From: a virus
Taxonomy: Duplodnaviria; Caudoviricetes
IMG/VR virus record: IMGVR_UViG_3300008262_000114
Span: 1 to 41,044 of that record
Direction: 5' to 3' (one strand)
DNA length: 41,044 nt
Of this stretch, positions 36,806 through 41,044 are shown in pieces; within the stretch, counting starts at the first letter, position 1; the number at the start of each line of letters is the position of its first letter. The notes under the pieces are model-generated. The model was not told the origin of the DNA and ran no database searches. It worked only from the letters and a program-made list of their open reading frames with translations. A program made the position numbers and the translations under genes.

Positions 36806-37198
36806 ATGAAAGAAACACTTATAGTGGTAGTCGCGGCTATAATCATCCATGTTATGGAAGCCTTGCACGACTACGCGGTAATAAAATCGCAGTCAAAAGA
36901 CCATGAACTAGTGAAAAAGTGGAACAAAATGTGGCACATTGTTTCCGCATGGACGTTTTTCGCGTTTTACCTAACACTTTCTGTCCTTCAAAACAACTAT
37001 TGGTTCTTGCCTCTTGGAGCGTCGGTTAGGGGAATGATATTTTGGCCGCTGCTAAATCAAATGCTCGGAAGACCAATATACCACACCTCAAATCATTTTC
37101 CCGAAAAATACTTTTACAGTACAGGAAAACTCCTTTTTGCCATGTATATAATTATTTACCTTATTTCATTTTTCTTTTCATGCCAATCATACAACTAA
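36806..37198 (+). CDS. Membrane protein, 130 aa
   Basis: Several TM segments with His residues (HVME..HD, KMWH). Confidence 0.65.
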   Translation: MKETLIVVVAAIIIHVMEALHDYAVIKSQSKDHELVKKWNKMWHIVSAWTFFAFYLTLSVLQNNYWFLPLGASVRGMIFWPLLNQMLGRPIYHTSNHFPEKYFYSTGKLLFAMYIIIYLISFFFSCQSYN

Positions 37199-37461
37199 GC
37201 GTATTCATACGCAACGAAGGCACTTCCCACATAGACGGGAAGCTGCGCCCCGAAGCCAAACCGATTATCGCGGCTATCGCTATCGCCCACAAGTTAGTTT
37301 CTACCCCCGAAGAAGCAGATCTTATCATTGACCATCTTGCTTTAGGTGCGCCTAAAGACTTGGAAGGAAGGTTAGACTGGGGTGTGGCCGAGATTATCTT
37401 GGAGTCGGAAGGAATCATTAACCCACTACCCCTATCGCGGGTAAAACACAACGAACAATGA
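37180..37461 (+). CDS. Hypothetical protein, 93 aa
   Basis: ATG 37180 (MPIIQLS) is a more plausible start than 37042. Confidence 0.5.
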   Translation: MPIIQLSVFIRNEGTSHIDGKLRPEAKPIIAAIAIAHKLVSTPEEADLIIDHLALGAPKDLEGRLDWGVAEIILESEGIINPLPLSRVKHNEQ

Positions 37462-37760
37462 ACACAATAGGCACAACAAAGCTAAAAGTAGGTGATGAAC
37501 CCCAAAGCGAAGTAAAAAAGCACGTTTACGACTTCAAAATCTACAACGGAAGGGTAAAGGTCTACATAGACGGCATAGTGGCCTTTACCTTTAATCAACT
37601 CGACTTTTCGGGGTACTACGCCTTCAAAGACGACACCAGCTTGTACGGAATTACAATCTACATGAATAGGGAAAAGGCAAGCCCGCAAGAAATGGATATT
37701 TATTTCAAAACAAAAGAAAATTGGAAAAACACCTTATTACTACTTGACAAAAATTTATAA
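37458..37760 (+). CDS. Hypothetical protein, 100 aa
   Basis: ATGA coupling to the previous gene. Confidence 0.65.
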   Translation: MNTIGTTKLKVGDEPQSEVKKHVYDFKIYNGRVKVYIDGIVAFTFNQLDFSGYYAFKDDTSLYGITIYMNREKASPQEMDIYFKTKENWKNTLLLLDKNL

Positions 37761-37781
37761 TCACCAAACACACACAAAACA

Positions 37782-38411
37782 ATGACAACATTTATCACCC
37801 TAGCAACCATGCTAATCCTAGGAATACTTTATGTTTTATTCAATGAAATCAAAAGAAAGGAATTTCTTAGAACCATAGAATCGCTTAGGGAAGGAGAAAT
37901 ATTTAATGAATATTTCATACAAAGTAATTTCACTGAACATTGCAAACTAAATGAAGATTTCGTAGAACTTAATGGAAAATTAAAGGACATTGAATCCAAA
38001 CTAGGAGAAATGGACGGAATGGAGGACGAACTCGACGAAATGATCCAAAAAGCCCACGATAAAATTGAGCAGACAAACAAACGCTTATCAAAGTCCATTG
38101 AAGAAACGGAGTCCCTCACAGAACTTTGTATGATGGCTCATCGAACAATTGAAATCCTCCGCCAAAAACCCAAAGATGGGAAATACCCACATCTAAAGCA
38201 AGATCACATAGAGATAGAAAAAGTGTATGGCGCTTACAAAACAACGCAGCTTATTTCAGACTCAGACGAACAGCCAATCATTAACATCAAAAAGGACGAT
38301 CCGTTCTTAGTCATAAGCGTGACCAAGGAGCTAGCTAACATCGCGCTAGCTGACGGAAATGTATTTGCATTGAACAGAGAGTCGGTTATGAAAAAACTAG
38401 CAAAACCGTAA
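37782..38411 (+). CDS. Membrane-anchored coiled-coil protein, 209 aa
   Basis: N-terminal TM, central coiled coil. Confidence 0.7.
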   Translation: MTTFITLATMLILGILYVLFNEIKRKEFLRTIESLREGEIFNEYFIQSNFTEHCKLNEDFVELNGKLKDIESKLGEMDGMEDELDEMIQKAHDKIEQTNKRLSKSIEETESLTELCMMAHRTIEILRQKPKDGKYPHLKQDHIEIEKVYGAYKTTQLISDSDEQPIINIKKDDPFLVISVTKELANIALADGNVFALNRESVMKKLAKP

Positions 38412-38414
38412 CCA

Positions 38415-38870
38415 ATGGACATTACCCAAAAAATATCATGGGCTATCACCCACCTCCCGCCTAACCTTGCCGAAAGGTTCATTCGCGCTGCCCTAACTCA
38501 GCCGTCAAATAGACTTTTTTCCTCGACAAACCCATTCTCTACCTCCTTCAATACCTCAAAAACCTTTGAAGGCCATGACTTTTGGTACGAGAAAACAAAA
38601 GACTACCTTGACCAAAAGCTAAAGGACTGCGCCCCGTTCTCTAAAAAGAAGAAATACCCGCACACGCTATTCATAGTTATCCACGTTATAAACAACGTGC
38701 CTACGGCCTTCCCAATAGCGTATACCGACCACGGGCTACCCATCATCGCGGGTGAACAAATAGAGCTAGAATCCCCCTCACTTGTAAACCCTCAAAGGAT
38801 AAGTTCAAGCATAGCCCAGTCCAAGACCTTTAACCACCTAAAAGGCAAACACAATATCCATATCCTATAA
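38415..38870 (+). CDS. Hypothetical protein, 151 aa
   Basis: Operon packing; FEGHDFW motif. Confidence 0.65.
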   Translation: MDITQKISWAITHLPPNLAERFIRAALTQPSNRLFSSTNPFSTSFNTSKTFEGHDFWYEKTKDYLDQKLKDCAPFSKKKKYPHTLFIVIHVINNVPTAFPIAYTDHGLPIIAGEQIELESPSLVNPQRISSSIAQSKTFNHLKGKHNIHIL

Positions 38871-38940
38871 TTATATCCAATCGCGTATAATTAACACCCC
38901 TATTCAACTTTTATATCACATCACATATAATTTATCACAC

Positions 38941-39342
38941 ATGACACTTGACATCAACGACCTCGCATGGACAATCCATCAAGGCAACGTAGACAAAGGA
39001 TTCTACGACACCCCTCCAAACAACGCAACAGCACTCATGCTTATCGTATCTGAATTGTCAGAAGCACTAGAAGCCGACCGCGCGGGTAAACAAGCAGACA
39101 TCAACTACTTCATTGATAGAAAAAACCAAATAGAAAACTCAAAAGGTAAAGAACTAGACAACGAGGAGTATGCACGACTTTTCAAAGCTACCATAAAAGA
39201 TACATACGAAGACGAGATCGCTGACGCCATTATCCGACTGCTAGACCACTGCGGCTACCGAGGAATAGACATACAAACCCACATCGCGGCTAAACTAGCA
39301 TACAACCAATCTAGACCCCACAAGCATGGTAAGAGTTACTAG
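38941..39342 (+). CDS. MazG-like nucleotide pyrophosphohydrolase, 133 aa
   Basis: LIVSELSEALEADR...EDEIADAIIRLLD...KLAYNQSRPHKHGK. Confidence 0.85.
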   Translation: MTLDINDLAWTIHQGNVDKGFYDTPPNNATALMLIVSELSEALEADRAGKQADINYFIDRKNQIENSKGKELDNEEYARLFKATIKDTYEDEIADAIIRLLDHCGYRGIDIQTHIAAKLAYNQSRPHKHGKSY

Positions 39343-39536
39343 TTGTCCAGTTTATTTGCATAAAAACAAGACAAGCAACCTCTTACAAGTACAATACGCA
39401 CAAGGATAATCACGTAACCACCCCCTCTCGCGGGTAAAAACAACACGAGGCCATATCGAAACATGGTCACCTAGCGGCAGCGACACCCTTGCAGAGGACT
39501 GGATAGTAGTAGACTAACCCCATATCAACCCAAAAG

Positions 39537-39569
39537 AAAGCTCTCACACAAAACGTGAGGGCTTTTTTT
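39537..39569 (+). terminator. Intrinsic terminator
   Basis: AAAGCTCTCAC-loop-GTGAGGGCTTT then T tract. Confidence 0.75.
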
Positions 39570-39588
39570 ATGCCCATAACTCCCATAA

Positions 39589-39890
39589 TAGCTTTCCAAT
39601 AATATTTTTTTATCCACCACGGGAGATAACCGCACTTATTTGACCTAACTAGTTCATTATCAATTATACCATTTCGACCACGCAACTCCCGTTTTAAGGC
39701 TAGCTTTCCAATAATAAGCCGTAAACCCCTATATTTTGACGTTTCTGACCATGCTGAACGCTAATCTCGACACACCAAATGACTTCAATAAGGATAAGAG
39801 AGGTCGATTTTGAAGCATCGAATGACCTAACTTAGTATAGGGGAAGTCAATTTTCATATACCCAACGACCTAACTACAAGTAGGGGACTC
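39589..39890. repeat. Short direct repeats: TAGCTTTCCAATAATA twice (39589, 39701) and GACCTAACT three times (39642, 39824, 39867)
   Basis: Read directly. Confidence 0.7.
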
Positions 39891-40645
39891 CCCCACGCCT
39901 CCCTCCCTCCGCCCCGCTCCGAGTCGACTTTTTGCGCAGGGGGTGGCCTCATTTTCAACTACTTAGGTACACTGGACTAAAACGCGGGCGGCCTCCATTG
40001 GCTCTTGTATGAAGGTAAGGCACACCATCGTGAACACTTAATACACTGATAGACAATACATTGACACTATTCACCTAGAGTAAAGATACATGGACTAATA
40101 CCCAACACACTAACACACAGCTAGTTACCCCCATCCACTTAGACCAATACATGAGGCAACTACTAATCTATTGACGTTCAACTACATAGCGTAATTAGGC
40201 ACACCTAAAACATGAGGCGAGGCACACCCAAACACCAGCAGCTAGGACACCCGCAAACCCGCGGCCACGTAGCAAAGCGGACTAATTAGGACGGCCTAAT
40301 TTATGGGGAAAGGGTGAGGGAATTTAAGGTAGGGGTGAACCTAATTGTGGGGAGAGGGCAGAAAAACAAACTTGTTTATATTACGTGCAAATGCGCGAAT
40401 TGAAGCGAGTTGTTATGCTCTTATAGGGGTGAGTCATAGCGCATGAGAATTTACCCGCGCGATAGGATCAACTTTGCAAATCGTGAGAGCCTCAAACGTT
40501 GTAACCCAGTCGCATGAGTTTATGTATATATGCGATGTTTTATGTATGTAGATACACCAATGTTTTTTTATTTCACCCGCGCGACGGGTCAACACTTTTA
40601 TTTTTAGGCAGGGCGGCAGTTACGAATAAAATTTGATATAAAAAA

Positions 40646-40722
40646 TTGATCTAGATCAAGAGTTTATATGTATGACTTGACAGGTAGGCCAAAAATATAT
40701 ATTTTATCTTGATCTAGGTCAA
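40646..40722. promoter_or_regulatory. Operator-like palindromes TTGATCTAGATCAA (40646-40659) and TTGATCTAGGTCAA (40709-40722)
   Basis: Perfect and one-mismatch 14-bp palindromes 63 bp apart, upstream of small genes. Confidence 0.6.
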
Positions 40723-40797
40723 TGGATTGAAGGGTATAGTGGTCGTATCATTGTGCCATCAAACAACAACAAATATTTCATACTTAAAACACACACA

Positions 40798-40890
40798 ATG
40801 AACACAAACACCACACACAACCGCGTAGTATTAGCCGCTTGTTTAATTACAGCATGGTTCGGCATCATGGCTATGATATTAGTAGCATAA
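40798..40890 (+). CDS. 30-aa single-TM peptide (not in ORF track)
   Basis: MNTNTTHNRVVLAACLITAWFGIMAMILVA after AAAACACACACA leader. Confidence 0.55.
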   Translation: MNTNTTHNRVVLAACLITAWFGIMAMILVA

Positions 40891-40928
40891 CTTAACCACA
40901 CACACAAAACAATTTAACACACAATAAC

Positions 40929-41044
40929 ATGAAAAAAATCATTTTTATTTTAGTTTTAGCCGCTTCAATTAGTTCATGCGCAAGCAGCACCAATGCAAGC
41001 AAGCATAACAACCACCTAAAGAGCAGCCCGCAGCACAACTTTAA
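40929..41044 (+). CDS. Small lipoprotein, partial
   Basis: MKKIIFILVLAASISSC lipoprotein signal; runs off the window end. Confidence 0.65.
   Translation, partial: MKKIIFILVLAASISSCASSTNASKHNNHLKSSPQHNF

Noticed and set aside
39589-39890. Direct repeats as a CRISPR mini-array
   Set aside because: Repeats too short, irregularly spaced, and no cas genes
39467-40907. Minus-strand ORFs 39467-39685 and 40719-40907
   Set aside because: Non-ATG starts; one crosses a terminator, the other is antisense to the better supported 30-aa gene
1-41044. tRNA, rRNA, integrase, transposase or DGR reverse transcriptase
   Set aside because: No supporting motifs seen by eye; tRNAscan-SE on 39343-40797 would be the decisive check for tRNAs

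Overview
About 41 kb of a tailed phage genome with crAss-like structural genes and a probable Bacteroidota host (TAnnTTTG promoters at operon starts, A/C-rich start regions without Shine-Dalgarno sequences). Standard genetic code. Left arm, minus strand: portal, putative scaffold, major capsid, head/tail proteins, two putative internal virion proteins, and a giant polyvalent protein of at least 2877 aa (8631 to <1). The ORF track misses this giant gene because it runs off the window. It carries three ADP-ribosyltransferase-like domains and an HExxH peptidase. Middle: replication block (SF2 helicase, initiator with internal iterons, primase-helicase, putative SSB). Right: terminase, GroES-like proteins, a lysis cassette split by a dual-frame C5 methyltransferase, small genes, a MazG-like gene and a 1.45 kb non-coding region. 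Best candidates for new biology: (1) cassette-like ART modules in the giant virion gene, one bounded by exact direct repeats and two with overprinted +1-frame genes beside them that could be immunity or partner proteins; (2) a leader RNA ahead of the replication operon whose hairpin loop is complementary to the loop of its own terminator; (3) an alternative-frame methyltransferase subunit with three TRD-like repeats. All calls come from reading motifs by eye; no searches were run.
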